A stretch of 64,000 bases of DNA from Sphyrna mokarran (taxonomy: Eukaryota). Positions within the stretch are counted from its first letter, which is position 1, and every line of letters starts with the position of its first letter. Below are positions 37,401 to 48,070 of this stretch, one piece after another. The DNA is taken from positions 62,682,001-62,746,000 of the forward strand of contig JAGIQG010000004.1 in the NCBI GenBank assembly GCA_024679065.1, read 5' to 3'. The translations under genes and the position numbers were made by a program. The notes beneath the pieces are model-generated. The model worked only from the letters and a program-made list of their open reading frames with translations. It made no database searches and was not told the DNA's origin.

Positions 37401-40400
37401 ATCCCTTTGGTACGCCATTGGTTACATCGTACCAATCATAAAATGACCACTATATTCTCATTCAAAGTTTCATGTTATCTAACTACTCTTTTATCCACAG
37501 CATTGTAAATTTGTTTATCCACAATGAAATTTGGTATGACAACTTTGCACGATTCTCAAATAAATCAAATAAACTATTTTCACAGGATGTCCTTTACCCA
37601 CAGCACACGCTATTCGTTCAAAGTGCTCTAAACCGTTGATTGAACACAATATTCCTTCCCCAGAGTCATGTTGACTACGTCTGCTTGACTGTTTTTCCCA
37701 AGCACCCTGCATAGCATCTTTATTAACCCCTGTTAACATACCCCTAAGGCAGATATTAAGATAACTGGCATGATGTTTCCTGCTTTCTAATGTTCTCCCC
37801 TCTTCAATAAAACTTTTTTTTTTGTGGGAATTATCTATTCTAATAGAACCATGAGGACAGCCTGGTGGCATGGTGCATGGGATTGCTGCCTCACCACGCC
37901 AGAGCCCTGAGTTTGATATCCAGCTTGGGTTACTGTCCTTGCGGACTCTGCACATTCTACCCGTGTCTGTGTGGTTTAGCTCCGGGTGCTCTGGTTTCCC
38001 TCCACAGTCCAAAACACATAATGGTTAGCTGCATTGGCCATGTTATATTCTCCTTCAGTGTAGCCAAACAGGCGCCAGAGTACAACATAGAACATAGAAC
38101 ATTACAGCGCAGAACAGGCCCTTCGGCCCTCGATGTTGCGCTGACCAATTAAGAAAAAGCAATGGCCCTCTAACCTAAACCATTCCCTTTTCATCCATAA
38201 ACCTATCCACTGATCTCTTAAAGCCCCCAAACTTGGCGAATCTACAACTGCAGCAGGCAGGGCATTCCATACCCTTACCACCCTCTGGGTAAAGAACCTA
38301 CTTCTGAATCCGTCCTATAACTACCATCCCTTAATTTAAAGCTATGTCCCCCCCTCGTGCTAGCCTTCTCCATCCGAGGAAAAAGGCTATCACTGTCCAC
38401 CTTATCCAAACCTCTGATCATCTTAAATGTTTCAATAAGGTCTCCTATTAGCCGCCTTCTTTCTAATGAAAACATAGAACATAGAACATAGAACATTACA
38501 GCACAGAACAGGCCCTTCGGCCTTCGATGTTGCGCCGACCAATATAAAAAGCAATGCCCCTCCAAACTAAACCATTCCCTTCTCTTCCATATACTTATCA
38601 ACTAACCTCTTAAACGCCACCAAACTTGGCGCATCTACAACTGCTGCAGGCAGGGCATTCCACTCCCGAACCACCCTTTGGGTAAAGAACCTACCTCTGA
38701 TATCCGTCCTATAACTATCACCCCTTAATTTAAAGCTGTGTCCCCTGGTGCTAGCTTTCTCCATCCTAGGAAAAAGGCTATCACTGTCCACCCTATCTAA
38801 ACCTCTAATCATCTTATATGTTTCGATTAGGTCCCCTCTTAGCCGCCTCCTTTATAATGAAAACAACTTCAAATCCCTCAGCCTCTCTTCATAAGACCTT
38901 CCCTCCATACCAGGCAGCATCCTGGTAAACCTCCTCTGCACTCTCTCCAATGTCTCCACATCTTTCTTATAATGTGGCGACCAGAACTGTACACAATACC
39001 CCAAGTGCGGCCGCACCAGAGTTTTGTGCAGTTGCAACATGACGTTGTGGCTCTGAAATTCAATCCCCCTACCAATAAAAGCCAAGACTCCGTATGCCTT
39101 CTTAACAACCTTATCGACTTGATTGCCAACTTTCAGGGATCTATGCACATATACAACTAGATCCCTCTGTTCGTCAACACTAGGTTGTGTTCTAGTCATA
39201 ACGACTAGGTCATTTTCAGAGTAATTTCATTGCAGCGCTAATGTAAGCCTATTTGTGACGAATAGATAAACTTCAAATGTAATCTCCAAATCTAGGGATT
39301 TTTGTATAATTAAAACTAATGCAACAAATCCCACAGTTTGGCAAGTCCGAAGTTCCTGCAAGTTGCAATTTTAAAAGTAAGGCATCAAATAAAGTTTTGA
39401 TTGGTATTAAATTATTCTCAACATGCATTACACGATCTTAGACTGGATCTGCATATTGTATCTTTATTTCAATCAGTTAATTCTGCAGTTCTGAAACAAA
39501 TGCTACTTTACATCTTGCCACCCATCTCCACTTTTCAGTATATGATCGTATCATATTGCTCTTATACCCATGCTCTTCTTTTTGTTTTAAACGGACTCTA
39601 TTTACGTTTTCTGTTAGTTAATCCACATTCTAATTAGCTGACAAATAATTCGTTTCTGTTTACGAAAATGTGAATACGTTATGAACTCAATATACATGAC
39701 CACTAAACTTGAATTTTCACTCAACAGGAAATAAGCACACCACCAATATGTTCAACAATTTCATATCTATAAACCATCACAAAGCTATAATTTTGTTTAT
39801 CGTTCAAAATAATAAAAATAACTATCTTTTCTTATCAATGGTTGCAATCCCTGAATTGGTCAACGTACTTCTAAAACTAGGATCATTTTTACAAGTTTTC
39901 CTCTATGTTGTTTATAACATGCAGAAAGTAACTAGGCACAGTTCTTTACATGTAGCATGCGGTTCTGATCAGGGCCATTCACATATATTTTGTGTGTCTA
40001 TAAAGAACTCTTTGAACTCCGGGTTTGCAAGTGTTTTAACGGCTTTTCAAAAATGTGTTACCTAGGGTACTGGATAAGTACATTCCTCTTAGAATGAAGG
40101 GCAAGACTGGCAGAAGTAAGGAACCCTGAATGATACGGGATATTGCGACGCTGGTCAAGATGAGGAAAGTGGCACATGACATGCATAGGCAGGTGAGATC
40201 AAGTGAAGAGTTTAGAGGGTGCAGACATAGAGTTAAAATATAAATCCGGAGACGATAAAGGAGACAGAAATTGTTCTGACAGATAAGACAAAGAAGAATC
40301 CAAAGAGCTTTTCCAAACATGTAAAGGGCAAAAGAGTAACATGGGAGAGAGTAGGGCCTCTTAAGAATCAAAAAGGTCATTTAAGTGTGAATCCACTAGG

Positions 40401-43400
40401 GACAGGTGATCTTAAACTAATATTTGTCATCAGTATTTGCTGTTGAGAAAAACATGAATATTAGGGAATTTGGGAAATAAAAGTGATGTCTCGAGGAGTG
40501 TACATATTAGGGAGAAAGAGATGCTGGATATCTGAAAGAGCATCAAGATAGATAAATCCCCAGGGCCTGGTGAAGTGTATCCCAGAACATAGCGGCAAGT
40601 CAGGGAAGAAATTGCTGGTCCTCTGGCAAAGATATTGAATCTGTCATAGCCACAGGTAAGGTGCCTGAAGATTGGACGGTGGAAAAGTTTTGACTTTCTT
40701 TAAAAAGGGCTGCAGGGAAAAGCCTGGGAACTATAGGCCAATGAGCTTCACAACTGTGGTGGGTAAGTTGTTTGAAGGTATTTTGAGGTCAGGATCTACT
40801 GACATTTAGAGATGCAAGGATGGCTTTGTGAATGGAAAACCATGTCTCCAAAATGTGATTGAGTTTTTTTGAAGGGATAATCAAGATGAGGGCAGTGAAG
40901 TTTATGTTGTCTACATGGACTTTGGCAAAGACTTTGAGAAAGTACCACATGATATGCCGTTGCATAAAGCTAAGGATGAAGTAGCTAAATGGATACAAAA
41001 TTGGCTTGGTGGCATAAGCCAGAGGATGATTGTAGAGGGTTGTTTTTTCAAATTGGAGGCCTGCGAACAGCTGTGTGTCTCAGAGTTCCATACTGAATCC
41101 ACTGTCATTTGTCATTTATATTCATGCTTTGGATGAGAATATAAGAGAAATGGTTAGTAATTTTGCAGATGGCACCAAGATTGGACAGGGAAGAACGTTA
41201 TCTCATATTGCAATGGGATCTTAATCAATTGGCAAACGACTGATGAGTTTAATTGAGATAAATGCAAGGTAGTGCATTTTGGAAGACTGAACAGGGCTGG
41301 ACTTATTCAGTTAACGGTAGGCGTTGAGGAAAATTACAGACCAAAGACATCTAGGGGTACAAGTCCATAGCTCCCTGAAAGTGGAGTCATAGGTAGACAG
41401 AATGGTGAAATAGGCATTCAGCATGTTTGGTTTCATTGATCAGAACATTGAATATAGGAATTGGGACATTATGTTGAAGTTGTACAAGACACTGGTAAGG
41501 CTACACTTGGAATACTGTGTATAGTTCTGGCCATGGAATTATAGAAAATATTATTAAACAAAACAGAAGGCAGAAAATAAATGCTAGAGTGTTACTAGGA
41601 CTTGATGGTTTGAGTTATAAGGAGAGGTTGGATACACTGGGACTGTTTTCTCTGGAGTGTAGAATGCTGAGGGTGCTGTTATCGATGTATATAAAATAAT
41701 GAGGGACACAGGTCAATTAGATAGTTAACAGGGGTGTCTAAAACTAGAGGGCACAGGTTTAAGATGAGAGGAAAGAGATACAAAAGAGTCGAGTGGGGTA
41801 ATTTGTTCACATAAAGGCTGGTGAGTGCCTGGAACAAGCAGCCAGAAGTAATAGTAGAGACGGGTACAATTTTGTCTTTTAAAATCATTTGGACAGTTAA
41901 ATGGGTGAGATGGGTGTAGAGGGATATGGGCTAAATACTGGCAATTAGGGCTAGCTTAGAGTTTTAAAGAAAAAAGAGTGGCATGGACAAGTTGAATAGA
42001 AAGGCCTGTTTCCATGCTAGAAACCTCTATGACTCTATGAATCTATGACCAATAAGTTAATTAATGCTACAGTAGAGATAAATTGCACGTGCAGCCGTTT
42101 TTTAATAAAGTTTTAAAATTGTTGTTTATCTAGACGTTAGTTATGAATTCATGGTTCACTTCAGATCAATAGGTTTTAATTCTGATATTCATCAGATTAC
42201 AAAATATTAATTATAATGGATTACGTAGCTGTGTTCGCATCTATAAAATAAAGTAAGAAATATGGGCTCAATTCTAATGACATACATATTTGGAGAAACA
42301 TTGCATTGTAAATGGTTATATCTGGCTTATCAGTAATCACTAAACGTTACAAAGGAACAATTCAGTATCTGGATTACTTTACATTTCGCAAATGATGTAC
42401 CCTTGTATTGGCAATTTCCAGCATTCATTGTATTCAATAAGCCTCATTGATCAACATACTTTCTTATATCTATTGCATGCAACCGCCAACAGAATACCGT
42501 AATTTTCGAGACATATAAGATGATTAGAGGTTTAGATAGGGTGGACAGTGATAGCCTTTTTCCTAGGATGGAGAAAGCTAGCACGAGGGGACACAGCTTT
42601 AAATTAAGGGGTGATAGTTATAGGACGGATATCAGAGGTAGGTTCTTTACCCAAAGGGTGGTTCGGGAGTGGAATGCCCTGCCTGCAGCAGTTGTAGATG
42701 CGCCAAGTTTGGTGGCGTTTAAGAGGTTAGTTGATAAGTATATGGAAGAGAAGGGAATGGTTTAGTTTGGAGGGGCATTGCCTTTTATATTGGTCGGCGC
42801 AACATCGAAGGCCGAAGGGCCTGTTCTGTGCTGTAATGTTCTATAAATACAAAAACTGAGTTAGCGTTATCGTGCAATGTTTTCAGGAGCAAGTAGCGGC
42901 ATAAAGTGTTCTCTTAACCTTCCAGACTTCATATCCATGACGTTTTAATCCTGTTTTACATAAACATTGTTCTTAAGCAGAACATTATTTCTATGCAAAA
43001 TCAAATAACATTTCAAGTGATAGTTAGAAAATCCATCCGTTGGCATCTTACCTGGGTTAGAGCTAGATACCAGGTAAACAGATAATTTCGGAGCTTGAAG
43101 CGCCGTATGAGATACCAAACAAATGTAAGGCGTTCCTATCTGGATTGGCTGTGACATCTGCAAGATGCTGGAGGCTTCATAGAGACCTGATTCGTTCAAG
43201 CGCGTTGTTGTTTTTATTCCGGTTGTAATCCTGCTTCCATTTTTGTACCAGTGAAATGTAATAGCCGCCGGATAAAAGTCAACTGTTTTGCATTCAAGGT
43301 GAAGATAGATGTTTGAATTTTCATCAGACATTATCCGTTGTATCGTTGGTTCATGAGGAGAAGCTATATTGGGATTCAGGGATAATATTTCAGTGTTGAA

Positions 43401-46400
43401 TATTTAGTGGATTATCACAATTCATAACCTAATCGCATTCATATTGTTTCATTATTTTGGAGAACATTTTATATCATGGGACCTCTGCACCTTTTGAATT
43501 ACCTAAGAACAGTCATATTTAATCGACTTTTTTTAGAAGTCACAACCATCAGAACCAACATAGATTTTCTCATTTAATGAATCAACTTCAAGTGCATTTC
43601 GACTTGTTGAAACATTACAGTCTGTAAAGTACTCATTGCATAACAATGTCATAAATTAAGTGCTCGTCTGTTTAAACTTCTGAGAATTACGTTAGCAATG
43701 CTGTTCAAAATACTTGGCGAACTGCGCTTCAATTAGAACAACTTTGCGGAATAGTAGATGCCGCTCGAAAAAGGATACTGATTGATTGGCAGTGGGACTT
43801 ATTTTGCAGGTGAATTTAAGGGAGACAATTTCTCTTTTGGAACATTGTAAGCTTAGTGTAACAGAGATATCCTGAGGTGCTATCTTTACCATTATCTGCA
43901 TTACACTATCGCTAACATTTCCATCTTTTCTGTCACGTTAAAGGCGATGGCAGTTCTGCCGCAGAAAGGCCAACTTGAATTGACTTCACTCTCACCTCAT
44001 ACTGAAGTCTAGTAGAATAGTAATCTTATGCGTTGAGCCATCACTCCACTCAGGTCAATTGTTTAATAAAGAACGAAGAACAACTCAGCACAGGAGCAGG
44101 CCCTTCGGCCCTACAAGCCCGCGCCGCCCGTTTTAACACTCAGTGAGTGCATCATTCCAATCCTTCTTCTACCTATGACTTTTGTCTACATCTCAGGGAC
44201 TCCACAACAAAGGGGTACAAATTTAGAGAATTATATGTGCGCCACATTAAGGGAGATCAAATTTAGGGACAATTTATTAACACCAATCAGCCTAAAAACA
44301 CATTTTGGGGGTGTAGGAGGAAACTGGGGCAGCCTTAGAAAACCCACGCAAGCACGGAGGGAATGTGCAAACTCCCACAGACACCGACTCAAGTCGGAGA
44401 TCAGATCCGAGTCCCTGTGACTGCACAGCAAACAGTGATAGTCACGGGGCTGTCGTGTTGCCCGTCAATTGGTCTAGCTTAACCGTACACTAACGACGTG
44501 AAACACTAGGCAACTCCCGAAGCAACATCCAAGAGCAGCTCTCGCACGACCACCGCGTGTATGCCCTTTGTTGGCCAACAAGTCGGACCGAATCGCCTGT
44601 GGATGTAAAAGACAAATCAAACATACAACAGCTTATGGAGACATTCACGGAAGATCCCCAGTAGCTCCAACGTAAGAGACAGGTGAGCCATAAAGTATGC
44701 TGGACGACCCAGAGGAATCTGTTGATTCCCAGGGACTACTGAGGCTCTTGATCCTTAACTAGAGCATTCTTTTGTATCTCTCCATCGCTAGTCTATTCAT
44801 GTGCCTATCTAGGTAAGTCTTAAACAACTCTAGCGTGCCTGCCTCCACCACCTTGCTTGGTAGTGTATTCCACGCCCCGACAACCCTCTGTGTGGAAAAC
44901 CTCCCTCTAACATCTGAATCATACCTCGCCCCTCTCACCTTAAGCCCGTGATCCCTCGTGAATTTCACATCCAACCTGGGAAAAAGCTTCCCACTGTTCA
45001 CTCTATCTATACCCCTTATAATCTTATACACCTCTATTAGGTCTCCTCTCATTCTCCATCTTTCCAGGGAGAACAACCTCAATTTGCCCAATCTCTCCTC
45101 AATAATGGAATATTTCTGGAATCACACAACCGAACTGATTGTACTGAAGCACGTTGGGTAGTTTATCGCAAATAGAAGACTCATTCTCCGATTTTTGGCC
45201 ATACAGCTTTATGAAGAGTCCTCCCAAAATTGTCCCCATAATTACTTAGAAAATTTACCTCGAGTTCCATGAAATAAACAATGACTTACAAGTATTATTG
45301 TTAAATGAATGCCTTCACTGGATAACGTGAGGGATTAAATAGCGATTTACGGTAAACTAGAAAGGTAGGCCTGAGCAAAATAGCTCCTCCTAATTAAGTT
45401 TTAGTCAGAAAGTTCCTTACAGTTTATTAAGATTGAACCTTAAAATACTAATGCTATTTTTAAATTATAAGGTCACTATCCAAAAAATTTGATGCATTGA
45501 TAGTAAATGTTATTTTCAAGAGCGGCAGCATCCGAAAATACCATTTGAACGAGTTAGCATATGTGTACCTTCATTCGACCTCCTAAACATTAAATTTTAG
45601 GATTGTCAAAATGTATCAAATATGATAATATTCTGAATAACGTATATGCGAAAGAAATATTTGGGGGTATTCAAATTATATCGGCACAACTGGAGTCGAG
45701 CCTTATTACGCTATAAAATATGCCGCAATCTGCATAATTTGCCGGCTTTTCAGTAAAGAAAGTAATTTAACTAGATATATTGTTAAATTACACACACACA
45801 CACACACACATATATATAAGATATGATATTTTATACATATATAATATGAGGCACACAAACACACACATATATAATTATATACATATATACATACAATTAT
45901 ATTTCATGCATTGAAAATATTAGCTGACGTTTTGTATGTAGTGATAATTCAGAAATAGATAATTGAGGTGACAAAGGCCGAATGATCAATACATGCTTCA
46001 AAAGGACATGCCATCGTGCTTTTTTTATTTTCCATTTCTAAGGTGTGTATATAAACATGTTTGAAAGAGAATTCCAAAAATTCCTTCCGCGTCAATGACA
46101 CTTACCGTGGACAACAATTGTTGATCCAGTTCCGTTAGTCATTCCCGCTCTTCCTTTTTGGACACCGCAGCAATAAACCCCGGCGTCTTGGAAACGGACA
46201 TTAAGGAGTTGGAAGGAGCTTTCCCCTTTCCTGTGAAAAAAATGTTTCCGCCTGTCTGAGCCTGGTTGCATAAATACATCTTCGCCAAGTCTCCACCAGA
46301 AAACATTCACTTCTGAATTATCTGACAGAGGAATGAACGCACAAGCAATGGTAATATTTTCACCGATCTTAACAATCATGTGTCCGGGACTTTGCGACAC

Positions 46401-46612
46401 CTGGGACTGGGTATAGCAAATAACTTCTAAAGAGAGAGGGGGAAAAAATAAACAAACACATTATCAATCAATTCAACATTTCAGATGTAAATTGCAGTGT
46501 TTCATAGTGATGTTGGAATACATATAAATAAAAATGGAAACAAAATGCAGCGGATACCTGTCATGATCGTCACCAAGGTAAGTCTGCTCTGAAGAACAGC
46601 GAAAACATTCAT
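16290..46612 (-). CDS. Six-exon IgSF type-I receptor gene (leader-VJ-C1-TM-ITIM/ITSM), 330 aa; join(46558..46612,46106..46426,43052..43363,31897..32007,31486..31517,16290..16451)
   Basis: Exon lengths 55+321+312+111+32+162=993 nt, one open frame, all introns GT..AG, phases 1,1,1,1,0. Translation: [330 protein letters not shown]. Confidence 0.85.
22437..26979 (-). mobile_element. CR1 'B', 5'-truncated, inserted in A and itself interrupted at 24249/26066
   Basis: Own (TTCTATG)n tail at 22437. ORF2 fragments 22537-24220 and 26060-26979 join at KENPKAF(F)RYVKNRR. Confidence 0.92.
24250..26069 (+). mobile_element. CR1 'C', 5'-truncated, inserted in B in opposite orientation
   Basis: 440-aa RT ORF, 3' tail ending at 26069, approximate TSD tctaaa(a/g)aaag at 24239-24249 and 26066-26076. 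Confidence 0.95.
27611..27626. promoter_or_regulatory. Palindromic E-box CTCTACACGTGTAGAG in the CR1 A 5'UTR
   Basis: Perfect 16-bp palindrome. A homologous palindrome ACTTCACGTGAAGT lies at 58688-58701 in another CR1 5'UTR. Confidence 0.6.
29460..29624 (+). mobile_element. 3' end of the (TTCTTTG)n-tailed SINE/LINE family
   Basis: ggaacatcggggtggcggcgtgggctcgttgggcc...ttgttctttgttctttg, matching the reverse complement of 1756-1850. Confidence 0.7.
31486..31517 (-). CDS. Exon 5: short cytoplasmic linker ([11 protein letters not shown])
   Basis: Acceptor ttttcaatgcattgtgacag|CT, donor ACG|gtatgt. Converts phase 1 to phase 0, as needed to join exon 4 to exon 6. Confidence 0.8.
31897..32007 (-). 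CDS. Exon 4: transmembrane domain
   Basis: Acceptor ttaatcttgcag|AT, donor AAAG|gtaaga, phase 1-1. Encodes [37 protein letters not shown] (23 uncharged residues followed by basic residues). Confidence 0.9.
32170..32320 (+). repeat. Inverted partial duplicate of REX1 segment 33126-33276
   Basis: aaaccacagaccacagtcagtaaggatagacaac...aaattcccctccaact matches the reverse complement of 33126-33276. Confidence 0.85.
32330..33362 (-). mobile_element. REX1/Babar-type LINE RT fragment
   Basis: [60 protein letters not shown] motifs typical of REX1-clade RT. Confidence 0.85.
33626..33948 (+). mobile_element. V-SINE (HE1-like), standalone copy of the family found in the chimeras
   Basis: Head gggcaccatgacagctc, V core gcgtgggttttctccgggcactccggtttcctcccac, tail gggccgaagggcctgtttcccgtgctg. 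Confidence 0.85.
35940..36160 (-). repeat. Unclassified dispersed repeat; inverted homologue at 43740-43965
   Basis: Shared blocks gattg(t/a)ttggcagt, aatttctcttttgg(t)aacattgtaagctta, ttacactatcgc, aaaggc(a/g)at(a/g)gcagttctgcc. Confidence 0.75.
36310..37850 (-). mobile_element. Old degenerate CR1 with an inserted V-SINE (+; ~37100-37380)
   Basis: [29 protein letters not shown] (degenerate [15 protein letters not shown]). Confidence 0.65.
37855..39275 (+). mobile_element. V-SINE interrupted by two head-to-tail CR1 3' fragments (-; 38082-38470 and 38471-39181)
   Basis: tRNA head and V core at 37855-38081. The SINE tail resumes at ~39200 (gactaggtcattttcagagtaatttcattgcagcgctaatgtaagcct). 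Two separate TTCTATG tails. Confidence 0.85.
40040..42050 (+). mobile_element. Old degenerate CR1 ORF2 with (CTATGA)n tail
   Basis: [36 protein letters not shown] remnants. Confidence 0.85.
42508..42844 (+). mobile_element. Young CR1 3' end
   Basis: 81-aa ORF2 C-terminus identical in translation to 38567-38812. Confidence 0.95.
43052..43363 (-). CDS. Exon 3: Ig C1-set domain
   Basis: Acceptor aatatag|CT, donor CCAG|gtaaga. C1 hallmarks [31 protein letters not shown]. Confidence 0.93.
43740..43965 (+). repeat. Unclassified dispersed repeat; homologue of 35940-36160
   Basis: Same shared blocks as 35940-36160, in the opposite orientation. Confidence 0.75.
44068..45104 (-). mobile_element. Chimeric CR1 ORF2 end + long 3'UTR + V-SINE, copy 2
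   Basis: ORF 44759-45091 ([18 protein letters not shown]...WNTLP) followed by linker, V-SINE core and TTCTT-type tail. Confidence 0.85.
45790..45900. repeat. (CA)n/(TA)n microsatellite
   Basis: acacacacacacacacacacatatatata... Confidence 0.9.
46106..46426 (-). CDS. Exon 2: Ig V-set domain with fused J-like G strand
   Basis: Acceptor ccctctctctttag|AA, donor CACG|gtaagt. V motifs: QVSQSP, B-strand Cys (ITIAC), FWW, DAGVYCC, J-like NGTGSTIVV. Confidence 0.93.
46558..46612 (-). CDS. Exon 1: signal peptide ([18 protein letters not shown])
   Basis: ATG at 46612, hydrophobic stretch, phase-1 donor ACAG|gtatcc, 131-nt intron to the V exon (typical Ig leader layout). The donor is non-optimal, so this is the least certain exon. 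Confidence 0.65.
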
Positions 46613-47269
46613 ATTGAACAAAAAATAACGGTCTTCTGCGAAAAAAAAACTCCGGAGAATTTATTGCGGCAACGCCGCAATGACCTGTTGTAAAGTAGGA
46701 AATGACGACCTGATATCGCACGTTTGCAAGTGCTGCGTAATGAAAACGTTCTTGAATTCAATTTGTGATTGTTCCTTTGAATTTTGAATGTTTTAAAACA
46801 TTGCGAACAGAATCATTATTATTAAGCAAAACAAACATTGCACCGATGTGCCGATGTTTGGATATCGGTTAAATCTATGTTGGATTTTAACGCGGCTGGA
46901 TAAAATGGCTGTGCTAGACAAATCTTAAGGTTTTTCTTGGACTAATATTGACTGTTCAAAACAACAGCAACAACAAAATCTTTCAGAAGGACGTGATGCC
47001 AATCACCGCAATTAAAAAAAGAGAAAATAGTGTAAATTGCAGAAATATGACACCCAGCTTTGTCGTACATGTTTTGTTTTCACTTTAAATCCGCTGCTAG
47101 AATAACACTTATGCGAGTTGGCTTGTATTTAATTACTAGACATTTTGGAGTAATTTAAGTTTACTGCGTTTGAGATCTGTTTGCTCCACTTAATTCATTT
47201 TGTATTTTGCCCGTGGAATAAAACTTAAAAACGCATTCAGTTAATTCATCTTATCATCTGACGGTGGAA

Positions 47270-48070
47270 TTCATTCCACCTTCTTAACTGCACAGCGACC
47301 CACGATCCTCACCACCCGGAAGTCCTTGACTTCATTTGAAATCAAAAATCAGATGTAGCATTAAATAATTTCAATGACCAATCCTTCTCTGCTCTCCAAG
47401 GGACATAATTCTCCTCTGAGAGAAGAAATCGCTCATCACCTCTGTCTTTGATAAATTTTTTTGGTTGATATTCTTTTGGTAAAGGAAACATTCTGGCAGC
47501 AGTCGCTGAATGAAGCGACTTTGGAATCTTGCGTACTTAAGTAAGATCGACTGATGATGTTCTAAATTCTACACAAAAGAAAACACATGATGCTCAATCT
47601 TTTATGATGATACATCCCGTTGATAGTTAGAGAACCCTCGGCCACTAATGCAACTATACACCTTATCGTTTCGGGTGGCCAACACTGCAGACAGTACCAA
47701 GGACCGATCTCAATATTAACTTGTACAGTTGTAACATAAATGCCCTATTTTCCCACATTATATGGTCCCTTGCAACCAAGAGTATTCGCTGGTTGCTTAT
47801 CCATGTCAACGTTTTGTGTTCCATTTGCGAAAGCAAATTCCCTGTTTCCAGCTGTACCTTGCAATAACTCTTCAATTTTATCGTATTCCGATATTATACT
47901 TTTCTCTCCGAAGTGGGAAGCCTTACATTTTTCCTGTACAATACTCCATCTTCCAAATAACTGCGTACTCACTGAAAGGATCCATATACTTTTCCAAATT
48001 CTGTAACTCCCTTCACAACATGTTCTCCTGTCTACTCTTCTCTTATGTTTAGCAAATTTGGCTACAGCAT
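47270..48070 (-). mobile_element. Old degenerate CR1
   Basis: EKCKASHFGEK, MLQLYKLILR remnants. Confidence 0.65.

Noticed and set aside
42401-42469. Exon-like stretch after C1 (DIRKYVDQ*...)
   Set aside because: In-frame stop and weak splice sites; a much better phase-1 TM exon exists at 31897-32007.
43052-46426. Germline-joined Ig light chain or TCR gene
   Set aside because: No FGxG motif, no RSS seen, no C-terminal interchain Cys and no charged TM residue. The gene continues into TM and ITIM/ITSM exons.
46501-46564. Alternative hydrophobic leader [20 protein letters not shown]
   Set aside because: Runs into a stop, and its phase-1 donor (ATAT|gtattc) would create TAA on joining the V exon.
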